In this document: positions 49,901-57,403 of the stretch, one piece after another | Layout: each line of letters opens with the position of its first letter | How positions within the stretch are numbered: the stretch's first letter is position 1 | The notes under the pieces: model-generated | Told to the model about the DNA's origin: nothing | Seen by the model: only the letters and a program-made list of their open reading frames with translations | The model's database searches: none | Position numbers and translations under genes: made by a program | Assembly: GCA_036501385.1 (NCBI GenBank) | Contig: DASYAK010000074.1 | Location: 27,646-91,645, forward strand | Direction of reading: 5' to 3' | Source of the DNA: Gemmatimonadales bacterium | GTDB taxonomy: Bacteria; Gemmatimonadota; Gemmatimonadetes; Gemmatimonadales; GWC2-71-9 | DNA: 64,000 bases

Positions 49901-50365
49901 CCGATCGGGATTGGTCGGGTCGACGTCGAGCATTGCGATCATCTGCGTGTCGAAGAGGCCGACGTGAGTCCACGTCTTGCCGCCGTCGGTCGACTTGTAG
50001 ACGCCGTCGCCCACCGCGAGGTCGGGGCGGATGATCCCGGCGCCGGTGCCGACGTAGATCACGTCGGGATTCGATTGCGACACGCCGATCGCGCCGATCG
50101 ATCCGGTCGGTTGGTGATCGAAGAGCGGCTCCCAGTTCGAACCGTAGTCGGTCGATCGCCAGACGCCGCCGTTGTCGAATCCGATATAGAACACGTTCGG
50201 CTGGCTCGGCACGCCCTCGAGCGCCCGGGCGCGGCCGGCGCGAGTTGGTCCGATCTCGCGCCAGTGCATCTCGGAGTACATGTCCGGCGATTGCGCCGGT
50301 GCGAGTTGGACGATGACCGCGGCTACAACGACGGTCAGCGAAAGTCGGCGGACGACGATGCGCAC
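46967..50365 (-). CDS. Secreted VPS10/sortilin-like BNR-repeat protein (double beta-propeller), paralog 1
   Basis: GTG at 50365 gives the signal VRIVVRRLSLTVVVAAVIVQLAPAQ. Many Asp-box motifs (WRSTDYGSNW, YKSTDGGKTW, FRSTDGGKTF, FKSTDGGTTW, YKSTDGGEHW, WRTDDGGITW, TTNGGAHW, RTHDGGKTW, FDDGDHW). The start is uncertain; the ORF extends to 50572. Confidence 0.85.
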   Translation of the reverse strand: MRIVVRRLSLTVVVAAVIVQLAPAQSPDMYSEMHWREIGPTRAGRARALEGVPSQPNVFYIGFDNGGVWRSTDYGSNWEPLFDHQPTGSIGAIGVSQSNPDVIYVGTGAGIIRPDLAVGDGVYKSTDGGKTWTHVGLFDTQMIAMLDVDPTNPDRFFVAALGHPYGPNTERGIFRSTDGGKTFQKVLYKDEYTSANDVRIDPSNPQVVYAAMWQQQQEFSENGRGFAGASGGIFKSTDGGTTWKQLTDGLPTVSQANLAIAPSNSQVVYAVVGSAAGAGGGGGRGGGAGGAGTGLYKSTDGGEHWHLAVNDAAQQHAPDMRPMARIGGGDLPTIAVDPKNDKVVYSSSTVLWRTDDGGITWSAVRGAPGGDDYQKTWINPVNPDVLLVVSDQGGVVSANRGKSWSNWYNQPTAAMYHVSTDNSFPYMVCGGQQDSGSACVESRSPDGEITFHDWHPVNIQEYGVAAPDPKDPDLVYASQRTNVSLYNRKTGQTTTVGPDASVRTPAFGRNVRTMPIVWSPVNADVLFYASNVVFKTINHGHSWTRISPDLTRVTWAVPANAGKYTSTVTPAPEGAITALSASPRSVNVLWAGTDDGNIQVTTNGGAHWSNVTPAAIKPWTRIFNIEAGHFDTLTAYAAANTLRLDDLNPHFWRTHDGGKTWTEIDNGIAPGAVANSIREDPRKKGLLYASTDLQVWVSFDDGDHWESLKLDMPAISVRDIQIKDDSSCLCADLVAGTHGRGFWILDDVTPLRQAAAAMAGGGNYLFKPETAVRIRFAGNDPTPWPPELPAGENPPPGALIDYYLAADASHVTLQVLDGAHHVVRTYTSDEIAMNPDPARDPVKYNEVCKATPNAPDCGLPLYWPAPSVALSAAHGMHRWSWDMHYDPIGSGGGGRGGGAGGAVPHRTYPGVASPWAPPGSYSVQLTVDGKTYTQPIMVRLDPRVRTPAIALTQLATLTREMYDGARTTHEAYDAARALSAKLESAGGSDAAAFKAKVDSLAPAAAAGGGRGGRGGGGRGGRGGGAGAAGAATGAGAPAGPPAAGRAGGRGRGAASGAGTSTLDGASSAFMAAALAMQSAEVAPTASEVAACGQARAESVAVTLRWNALRTTGLAALNAKLKAAGEAAIEAPQ
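47192..47359 (-). repeat. Low-complexity Gly/Ala/Arg coding tract near the C-terminus of BNR paralog 1
   Basis: Encodes AAAAGGGRGGRGGGGRGGRGGGAGAAGAATGAGAPAGPPAAGRAGGRGRGAASGAG. Coordinates were derived by counting 75 codons back from the stop at 46967. Confidence 0.75.
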
Positions 50366-50440
50366 TGAAACTGCTCCGGTCGGGAGAAGACGAGTGATGA
50401 CCTGGGGGTAGCTCCAATATGTATCGCGACGTCGCCCGGG

Positions 50441-50459
50441 GAAGGGCGGCGCGCCCTTC
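50441..50459. promoter_or_regulatory. Inverted repeat GAAGGGC-N5-GCCCTTC in the divergent control region of the two BNR paralogs
   Basis: Seen directly at 50441..50447 and 50453..50459, within the 177-nt gap 50366..50542. Confidence 0.2.
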
Positions 50460-50542
50460 GCTGGCGAACCGCGGCGCGGGTCGTGATAATTCGACGAGAC
50501 CCGCCATCCCCCGGAAATAGTCCAGTTCAACCAGGAGCCGCA

Positions 50543-53500
50543 GTGATCCCGCCGCTCGTCAGCCCGCTCCAACGTGCCTGCCGCAAAGCCTCGCCGCTGA
50601 TCGCATTGGGCGTCCTCGCCGCCGTACCCGCGATGCGCGCATCGGCGCAGGGCGTCAACCCCGACTACTACGCCGGAATGCGGTGGCGCTCGATCGGCCC
50701 CAACCGGTCGGGCTACGTCGCCGCGGTAGCCGGTATTCCGGGTGATCCCACCACCTACTACATCGGCCTCCCCGAAGGAGGCGTGTGGAAGACGACCGAC
50801 GGCGGAACCGTCTGGAAGCCGATCTTTGATTCAGTGCACGTCGCGTCGGTGGGCGCCGTTGCTGTGGCGCCATCGGAACCGGCGACGGTCTATGCCGGGA
50901 CCGGGAATCAGTCGGGGTGGTCGTTTACGCCTGGCGACGGCGTCTACCGGTCGCGAGATAGCGGAACGACCTGGGAGAATGTCGGCCTGCGCGGATCGCA
51001 GTATATCGGCGCCATCGTCGTCGACCCGCATCACCCCGACGTCGTCCTGGTCGCAGCCCTGGGCGGCCGCGGCCCGGAAACCGGCCCCGATCATGAACGC
51101 GGCGTCTATCGCTCCGAAGATGGCGGTCGCAACTGGAAGCGCGTCCTTGGCGATGACGCAACCGGTGCATCCGATCTCAATTACGACTTCGACGATCCAT
51201 CGGTCATCTACGCGACGCTGCAGCGCGCCGGTGCGGGCGGCCGTGGCGGTGGAGCAGCACCGGCAGCGGCGCCCGCCGGGCCGTCATCGACCGGCGTCTA
51301 TCGATCGTCTGACGGCGGAGTCACCTGGAAACCGATCGCCGGGAAGGGACTCCCGCCCGGTGCCGCGGGCTTCGCGCTTGCCGTCGCGTCCGGCACGCAC
51401 GGCAATCGACTTTATGGCGAAATTCGCGGTGGTGCCCGCGGCGGTGGCGGTCCGAGCGGGCTCTATCGCTCCGACGACGGGGGTGAATCGTGGACTCTCG
51501 GCACGTCGGCGATCGCCAGCGCTGGCGGGCATATCTACGCCGATCCGAAGAATCCTGATGTCGTCTACCTCATGGGCACATCGATGTATCGCTCGACCGA
51601 TGGCGGCAAGCGCTTCGTGTCGTACATGGGTGCACCCAGCGGCGCGGACATCCGGTTGCTGTGGATCGACCCGACCAATTCGCGGCGGATGATCGCTGGT
51701 GCCGATCAAGGGCCGACGATTTCAGTCGACGGCGGCGAGACGTGGAATGGCTGGTACAACATGCGGAACGGCCAGTTCTACCGGGTGTCGACCGACAACG
51801 ACTTCCCCTATCACGTCTGCGGTCCGCAGCAGGACAGTGGTGACGCCTGCGTGCTGAGTCGCAGCGATTTCGGCGAGATTCGCCCCAGCGACTGGACGCC
51901 GGTTGGTGGCTTCGAGAATGGCTTCATCGCCACCGATCCCCTCAATCCTCGCTGGGTGTACAACCAGGGTTGGTATCATGTGCTGCAGCGATTCGATCGC
52001 AAGACCAGCCAGGTCGCGATCCTTTATACGCCGACACCCACCGACCGCTTCGGTGGCGCCCCGCCGCTGATCTTCTCGCCCCAGAATCCGCATCTGCTCT
52101 ACATGGGCGCGCAGTACGTCATGGCGTCGAGCGACAGCGCGAAGACCTGGAGACACATCTCGCCCGATCTGACGGTGCGTCATGGCCCTGGTCCCGACTC
52201 GAGTCAGACCGCGGTCCCCGGTCGCCGTAGCGGTCCGGTGGTCGGCGGTTCGATCCAGTCGCTCGCGCCGTCGACGCTCAAGGCCGGGGAAATCTGGGTC
52301 GGTACCGGCAACGGACTGGTCCAGCTCACCCGCGACGGGGGAGTCACCTGGCACGAAGTGACGCCACCGGGGATGCCGGCAGGCGGGATCAATGCCATCG
52401 ATCCCTCGCACACGGTGGACGGTGCCGCTTACGTGGCGCTACTCTCGCGCGACAATCACCCGCACCTCTACCGCACGACCGATTTCGGCAGGTCGTGGAA
52501 GGAGATCGACAGCGGCATTGCCGATGGGGGGACGGCGCGCGTGGTGCGCGAAGATCCCATCAATCCGGATCTCGTCTATGCGGGGACCGTGACTGGGGCC
52601 TGGGTGTCTTTCGACCGCGGTGACCACTGGCAGTCGCTGCAGATCAACCTGCCGACCACTGTAGTAAGCGATATGACAGTACACGGCAGCGACCTGGTGA
52701 TCTCGACGTACGGGCGCGGCTTCTGGATCCTCGACGACGTCACCCCGCTCCGGCAGGCGCACGACGCCGTGGCGGCGACCGGCGCGGCGTTCCTCTATGG
52801 CCCCGAGAACGCGACGCACGCCCGCTGGGACAACACCCAGGACACACCGCTCCCGCCGGAGGTGACGGTGGGGCAGAATCCGCCGGAAGGTGTCGTCATC
52901 GATTACTTCCTCAGGACGCCGGCAAGCGGTCCGATCACCATCACGTTCTCCGATCCCGCCGGGCACGTGATCCGCGAATTCAGCAATGCGCCACCGCCCG
53001 CCGACACCACGATGATCAATGTGCCGCCGTACTGGATCAAGCCACCGACGATCCTTTCCACCGAGCCGGGGATGCACCGGATTGCGTGGGATCTTCGCTA
53101 TCCGTCGCCGAGCGTGCTCAACTACGGCTATACCGGGACGCTGCTCGATTACACCGAGTTCACCGTGTCGTGGCACGCGATTCCAGGAGCGACACCCCGC
53201 ACCGTTCCGATGGGGCCGATGATTGCCCCGGGGCATTACACCGTGACGTTGACCGCCGGCGGCCAGCGATTCACTCGCCTCTTCGTGGTGACCCCGGATC
53301 CGCGCGTCCCCGCATCGCAGGCCGCGATCATCACCCAGGTCGCGTTCGAGCGCCGGATGGCCGCGGGGCTCGAAGCGAGCAACGCCGCGTTCCTGAATGC
53401 GATCGAACTTCGCGCCGCCATCGCTCGCCTTGGTGGCAACCTCGCCCCCGATGCGCGGACCGCTTCGCGGTCGCTCGATTCTGCGCTCACCGTGCTGCTG

Positions 53501-53770
53501 AGCGCGCCGCAGGGCGGACTCGGATCGACCAACCGCGACCTCGCGCGACGGCTCACCGACATGGAATACGGCGAAGTGCTGCCGACGACGAGTGTTGTCG
53601 CCGCGGTCAACATGAACTGCCGCGCCCTCGATCAGGGACTCGCGGCGCTGCGGGAGATCGAAGCGACGAGGATGAAGCAACTCGACACGATGCTTGCCGG
53701 TGCCGGATCAGGCGGACTGCCGGTTCCGGGACCGATTCCCGCCACCGGCTGCGGTACTGCAACGCCATAA
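50543..53770 (+). CDS. Secreted VPS10/sortilin-like BNR-repeat protein, paralog 2
   Basis: GTG at 50543 gives the signal LIALGVLAAVPAMRASAQ. Asp-boxes WKTTDGGTVW, YRSRDSGTTW, YRSEDGGRNW, YRSSDGGVTW, YRSDDGGESW, YRSTDGGKRF, SVDGGETW, TRDGGVTW. Colinear with paralog 1. Confidence 0.85.
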   Translation: MIPPLVSPLQRACRKASPLIALGVLAAVPAMRASAQGVNPDYYAGMRWRSIGPNRSGYVAAVAGIPGDPTTYYIGLPEGGVWKTTDGGTVWKPIFDSVHVASVGAVAVAPSEPATVYAGTGNQSGWSFTPGDGVYRSRDSGTTWENVGLRGSQYIGAIVVDPHHPDVVLVAALGGRGPETGPDHERGVYRSEDGGRNWKRVLGDDATGASDLNYDFDDPSVIYATLQRAGAGGRGGGAAPAAAPAGPSSTGVYRSSDGGVTWKPIAGKGLPPGAAGFALAVASGTHGNRLYGEIRGGARGGGGPSGLYRSDDGGESWTLGTSAIASAGGHIYADPKNPDVVYLMGTSMYRSTDGGKRFVSYMGAPSGADIRLLWIDPTNSRRMIAGADQGPTISVDGGETWNGWYNMRNGQFYRVSTDNDFPYHVCGPQQDSGDACVLSRSDFGEIRPSDWTPVGGFENGFIATDPLNPRWVYNQGWYHVLQRFDRKTSQVAILYTPTPTDRFGGAPPLIFSPQNPHLLYMGAQYVMASSDSAKTWRHISPDLTVRHGPGPDSSQTAVPGRRSGPVVGGSIQSLAPSTLKAGEIWVGTGNGLVQLTRDGGVTWHEVTPPGMPAGGINAIDPSHTVDGAAYVALLSRDNHPHLYRTTDFGRSWKEIDSGIADGGTARVVREDPINPDLVYAGTVTGAWVSFDRGDHWQSLQINLPTTVVSDMTVHGSDLVISTYGRGFWILDDVTPLRQAHDAVAATGAAFLYGPENATHARWDNTQDTPLPPEVTVGQNPPEGVVIDYFLRTPASGPITITFSDPAGHVIREFSNAPPPADTTMINVPPYWIKPPTILSTEPGMHRIAWDLRYPSPSVLNYGYTGTLLDYTEFTVSWHAIPGATPRTVPMGPMIAPGHYTVTLTAGGQRFTRLFVVTPDPRVPASQAAIITQVAFERRMAAGLEASNAAFLNAIELRAAIARLGGNLAPDARTASRSLDSALTVLLSAPQGGLGSTNRDLARRLTDMEYGEVLPTTSVVAAVNMNCRALDQGLAALREIEATRMKQLDTMLAGAGSGGLPVPGPIPATGCGTATP

Positions 53771-53790
53771 CACTTGCGAGAATCGGATGC

Positions 53791-53822
53791 GAAACGGGGA
53801 CCGCACTCGCGGTCCCCGTTTC
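53791..53822. terminator. Perfect 14-bp hairpin, probable bidirectional terminator between BNR paralog 2 (+) and LVIVD paralog 1 (-)
   Basis: GAAACGGGGACCGC-ACTC-GCGGTCCCCGTTTC, followed by CATTTCC. Confidence 0.6.
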
Positions 53823-53851
53823 CATTTCCGGTTGCTTGAACTGCTACATCG

Positions 53852-55816
53852 CTACTTCGTTGCCGCCGCCAGATTGCCGACCGAGGTCGCCAGTGTATGC
53901 GCCTTGGTCTGGTCGGTGGCACTCGCCGCGTCGCTGTGCAGCTGCGCCGCCAGCTTGGTCAGCGCCGCCTTCCGCGCGCCGCCCTGCAACTGCTCGGCAC
54001 TCGCGAGTGCCGTGCGCGCCGAGGCGATCTTCGCCGCGGACTGTCCCTTGTCGCGCTCCAGCTGGTCGAGATATGCGCCCGACAGCGCGAACGTCGCCGG
54101 CCAGCTGAACTTCGGCTGATCCTGGACGTTGAGCTGGTCGAAGTGGACCGAACGCGCCGCTTCGAGCTCATTGGCCGACAGCATCGGGCTCGGCGAGAGC
54201 TCGAAGATGTCGAGTCCGCGCGCGATTTCCGAGCTGTAGATACGTCCGTTGTACCAGTACGCCGACCATGAGCCGCCCATCTGGAAGGACGTCGAATCGA
54301 CCGGCCCGCGATCGAAGAAGGCGATCTCCCTGGGGTGCGCCGCATCGGTCCAGTCGAACACCGACACGCCGCCCTGGTACCACGCCTGCACCATCACGTC
54401 GCGGCCCGGAATCGGAATCAGCGAGCCGTTGTGCGCGACGCAATTCTCCAGCGACGTCTGCGCCGCCGGCAGCTTGTAGTAGCTCTGGAAAGCGAGCTTG
54501 CCGTTCTTCATCGTGAAGATTGCATCGGCGCCCCAGTCCTTCGGGTCGGTCACGCGGCACTTGGGCGCGCCGCCGCCACCCCACTCGTCGGAGAAGAGGA
54601 GCTTGGTGCCGTCGTTGTTGAACGTCGCCGAGTGCCAGTACGAGAAATTGGAATCGGACACCGCGTCGACGCGCACCGGATGCGACGGATCGTGGATGTC
54701 GAGGAGCAGCCCGTAGCCGGCGCACGCACCGCCGGCGTAGCCGATCGACGGATACACGGTGATGTCATGGCACTGATCGGGGCCGGTCGGCTTGTTGTTG
54801 ACGGCACCGCCGGTGAGAATCGCCACCAGCTTCGGGAGGTACGCCCGGAAGGCGTCGCTGTCGGCCTTGGTCGGGGCGCCCGTGCCGCCGCGTGCCTTGA
54901 CCACGCTGTCGAGCTGCGGGTTGACGAACTGGGGTGGCAGAAGGATGTGCTGCCCCGAGAATTCCGCGATGTATGCCCCGGCACGGCGCGCCGAATCCAT
55001 GGTCGCGATGTCGGCTGACGCTTCGCCATGCGTCGGCGGAGCGGCGAGGTCCGTGAAGATCCGCGGCGAGTTGACGATTGCGGCCTGCTCCGGGTGCGCC
55101 AGCGGAACCTTGATTACCTCAATGCGGAATCGCGCCGAATTGGGATCCTGGTCGGGCGAGGCCTTCGAACATCCGGCAAGCTCCGACGACGGGCGGACCT
55201 GCGCCTGGCCGGAGACGTAGACGTAGACATTGGCGTTGTCGTGCGGGTCGGTGACGACCGTGTGCGTGTGCGATCCCCGGCAGGTCTGTACATTGGCGAC
55301 GTACTTCGGGTTGTTGATGTCGCTGATGTCGAAAATCCGCACGCCGCGCATCCGTGCAGACGAAACGGAATCGCCGCCCGTCCCCTGCGTGCCGCAGTCG
55401 AGACGCCCGGTGTTCGATTCGCTCGACACGAAGAGAAGATTCTTGAAGACTGAGACGTCGTCCTGCGACGCCGGGCAGAGATCGGTCTTGGCGAGCACCG
55501 GGTGCTCCGGATTCGAGACATCCCACAGCAGCGGTCCGCCGTAGTTCCCCTGAATCACGTACTTGCCGAAGAAGGCGAGATCAGCGTTGGTCTTGCCGAG
55601 GAACGGCGCCGGCGGCGTGGTGTTGGAGAGGAGCTGCATGTTCCACGCAGCCATCGCGGCCGGCTCGACGACACCGTTCATGTCGAGCTTGCCTCCCCGC
55701 AATCCCACGCGAGGATCGGGATTCGGCGCCTGCGCCGAGGCGGAGATGGCGAGAACTGCCGCGAGACCTGCGGCAAATCCGAGAACGTTCCGGTGCATCG
55801 AGAGTGTCATCGTCAT
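53852..55816 (-). CDS. Secreted LVIVD-repeat beta-propeller protein with C-terminal helical tail, paralog 1
   Basis: Signal MHRNVLGFAAGLAAVLAISASAQA. Motifs DLAFFGKYVIQGNYGGPLLWDVSNP, VRIFDISDINNP, GLLLDIHDPSHP, GLDIFEL. The start overlaps the DUF305 stop (4 nt, 55813..55816). Confidence 0.8.
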   Translation of the reverse strand: MTMTLSMHRNVLGFAAGLAAVLAISASAQAPNPDPRVGLRGGKLDMNGVVEPAAMAAWNMQLLSNTTPPAPFLGKTNADLAFFGKYVIQGNYGGPLLWDVSNPEHPVLAKTDLCPASQDDVSVFKNLLFVSSESNTGRLDCGTQGTGGDSVSSARMRGVRIFDISDINNPKYVANVQTCRGSHTHTVVTDPHDNANVYVYVSGQAQVRPSSELAGCSKASPDQDPNSARFRIEVIKVPLAHPEQAAIVNSPRIFTDLAAPPTHGEASADIATMDSARRAGAYIAEFSGQHILLPPQFVNPQLDSVVKARGGTGAPTKADSDAFRAYLPKLVAILTGGAVNNKPTGPDQCHDITVYPSIGYAGGACAGYGLLLDIHDPSHPVRVDAVSDSNFSYWHSATFNNDGTKLLFSDEWGGGGAPKCRVTDPKDWGADAIFTMKNGKLAFQSYYKLPAAQTSLENCVAHNGSLIPIPGRDVMVQAWYQGGVSVFDWTDAAHPREIAFFDRGPVDSTSFQMGGSWSAYWYNGRIYSSEIARGLDIFELSPSPMLSANELEAARSVHFDQLNVQDQPKFSWPATFALSGAYLDQLERDKGQSAAKIASARTALASAEQLQGGARKAALTKLAAQLHSDAASATDQTKAHTLATSVGNLAAATK

Positions 55817-56454
55817 ACCCCTGGCATGGTGAGAAGCATCGTGGTCATGCGGTTGATTTCCGTGGTCTGATCGGCCTGGATGTCGTTGGCCATCTTGAAC
55901 ACTCCTTCGTCCTGTCCCGCGCCCGCGGCGAAGAGGTCGGTGACCATCTGCACCGCGCCGTGGTGGTGCTGAATCATGAAGCGGAGGAAGAGATGATCGA
56001 AGTTGACGCCGCGGGCCGCATCAAGTTCCTTCAGCTGCTCGTCGGTGAGCATTCCCGGCATCAGCATCGTCGTCTCGACACCGTTCATCATCATCTTCAT
56101 CGGCAGCGGTTTCGCCTCGGGGACCGGCTGATGCCGATCCTGCAGCCACCGCTGCATCAGCGCGATCTCGTCGGTCTGCGCGTTGATGATCCTGGCGCAC
56201 AGGTTCAGGACGTCTTCGCTTGCTCCGTGGGTCGGTGCCCACTTCGCCATCACGATCGCCTGCGCGTGGTGCGAGATCATTCCGGTGATGAATTGCACGT
56301 CCGCCGGCGTCACCGGATAGAGTTCCGGAAAAACCGGCGGCCGTATCGCCGCCGACGTGTCCCTCGCCTGGGCCGCGGCCGGCTGCGATCGGGCGGCGAC
56401 GAATGCCAGCGTCACGGCGAATGCCGCCGCGCGCCATTTCCTGCTCCTGTTCAC
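55813..56454 (-). CDS. Secreted DUF305 (ferritin-like four-helix) protein, paralog 1
   Basis: GTG start at 56454. Signal KWRAAAFAVTLAFVAARSQPAAAQA. Duplicated motifs FITGMISHHAQAIVMAK and FLRFMIQHHHGAVQMV. Met-rich linker PLPMKMMMNGVETTMLMPGM. Confidence 0.88.
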   Translation of the reverse strand: MNRSRKWRAAAFAVTLAFVAARSQPAAAQARDTSAAIRPPVFPELYPVTPADVQFITGMISHHAQAIVMAKWAPTHGASEDVLNLCARIINAQTDEIALMQRWLQDRHQPVPEAKPLPMKMMMNGVETTMLMPGMLTDEQLKELDAARGVNFDHLFLRFMIQHHHGAVQMVTDLFAAGAGQDEGVFKMANDIQADQTTEINRMTTMLLTMPGV

Positions 56455-56494
56455 GATATCCTCCAGAATCCTCGATGGTGCCGCGCGCCTTGAT

Positions 56495-56547
56495 GATGTT
56501 GCCCGGAACGCGTCGGTGCCAGTGTTTCGCGTACGGATGTTGCCAGG
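56495..56547. promoter_or_regulatory. Direct repeat GATGTTGCC(C/A)GG x2 in the DUF305/ICMT divergent intergenic region
   Basis: GATGTTGCCCGG at 56495..56506 and GATGTTGCCAGG at 56536..56547 (41-nt spacing), inside the 234-nt divergent region 56455..56688. Confidence 0.25.
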
Positions 56548-56688
56548 ATGTGGTTTCAGAACGCTACGGCTTCAGTGGCCGGAACGCAATGCACTGGTTC
56601 GACGCATTATTGGCCGGATCGGTTGCCTCGATGCGCCGGTTCATTCTCTTGGGAGTTGCCTCTTTGCCCGGGCGGACGACATTTGGGG

Positions 56689-57300
56689 ATGACAACATTC
56701 CGTCCCAGTGCCGATCTCGCGATTTACGCCGTCCACGGCGCCTTCTGGACCGCGTTCGGTATCACCCGGTCGCTGAGCCGGGTGAAAGAACCGCCCTCGC
56801 CACCACCTCCCACCGGCGAAGGCGTCGCGCCAGCGACCGCACGGTTCGCCCGTCTCCTGGTCGCGGTGCACGGCATTGGCTTCTTCGTCATGTACTTCGG
56901 TATCGGCGACGCCGTCTTCGGCCCCGGCGTGCCTCACTGGTTCGCGGGCCAGCAGATTGCCGGGACCGCGATCATTGCCGCCGGCGCGGCGCTGATGTGC
57001 TGGGCACTCCTTCATTTTCAGTCGTGGCGCTTCCAGGCACGGATCGAGAGCGATCATCAACTCGCGACCGGCGGTCCCTTCGCGCTGATGCGGCACCCGA
57101 TCTATGCCGGGCTCGACCTCCTCGCCCTGGGCTCGGCGGTCTGGATTCCGACGCCGATCATGTGGGCCGGCGTGATCCTCATGCTCCTCGGCGCCGACAT
57201 CCGTGGCCGGGCGGAGGAGACAGTCCTCACGGCGGCGTTCGGCGACGCGTATCGCCAGTACGCCGCGAAGACCCGGCGATTCGTGCCGGGGGTATACTGA
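56689..57300 (+). CDS. Isoprenylcysteine carboxyl methyltransferase (ICMT)/phospholipid-methyltransferase-like membrane protein
   Basis: Polytopic membrane protein with a C-terminal motif LATGGPFALMRHPIYAGLDLLALG and EETVLTAAFGDAYRQY typical of the ICMT/PEMT superfamily. Internal ATG 56689. Confidence 0.8.
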   Translation: MTTFRPSADLAIYAVHGAFWTAFGITRSLSRVKEPPSPPPPTGEGVAPATARFARLLVAVHGIGFFVMYFGIGDAVFGPGVPHWFAGQQIAGTAIIAAGAALMCWALLHFQSWRFQARIESDHQLATGGPFALMRHPIYAGLDLLALGSAVWIPTPIMWAGVILMLLGADIRGRAEETVLTAAFGDAYRQYAAKTRRFVPGVY

Positions 57301-57327
57301 GCGCAAGTGATCCCGTCCCGGAAACAC

Positions 57328-57355
57328 GAATGGCCGCCATCGCTGGCGGCCATTC
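57328..57355. terminator. Perfect 11-bp hairpin, probable bidirectional terminator between ICMT-like (+) and LVIVD paralog 2 (-)
   Basis: GAATGGCCGCC-ATCGCT-GGCGGCCATTC, followed by GCTTTATCGTTCGTT. A second 7-bp hairpin CTGAACG-N6-CGTTCAG lies at 57388..57407. Confidence 0.6.
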
Positions 57356-57403
57356 GCTTTATCGTTCGTTACTATAGCGACGTTCTACTGAACGTCCGCC
57401 CGT

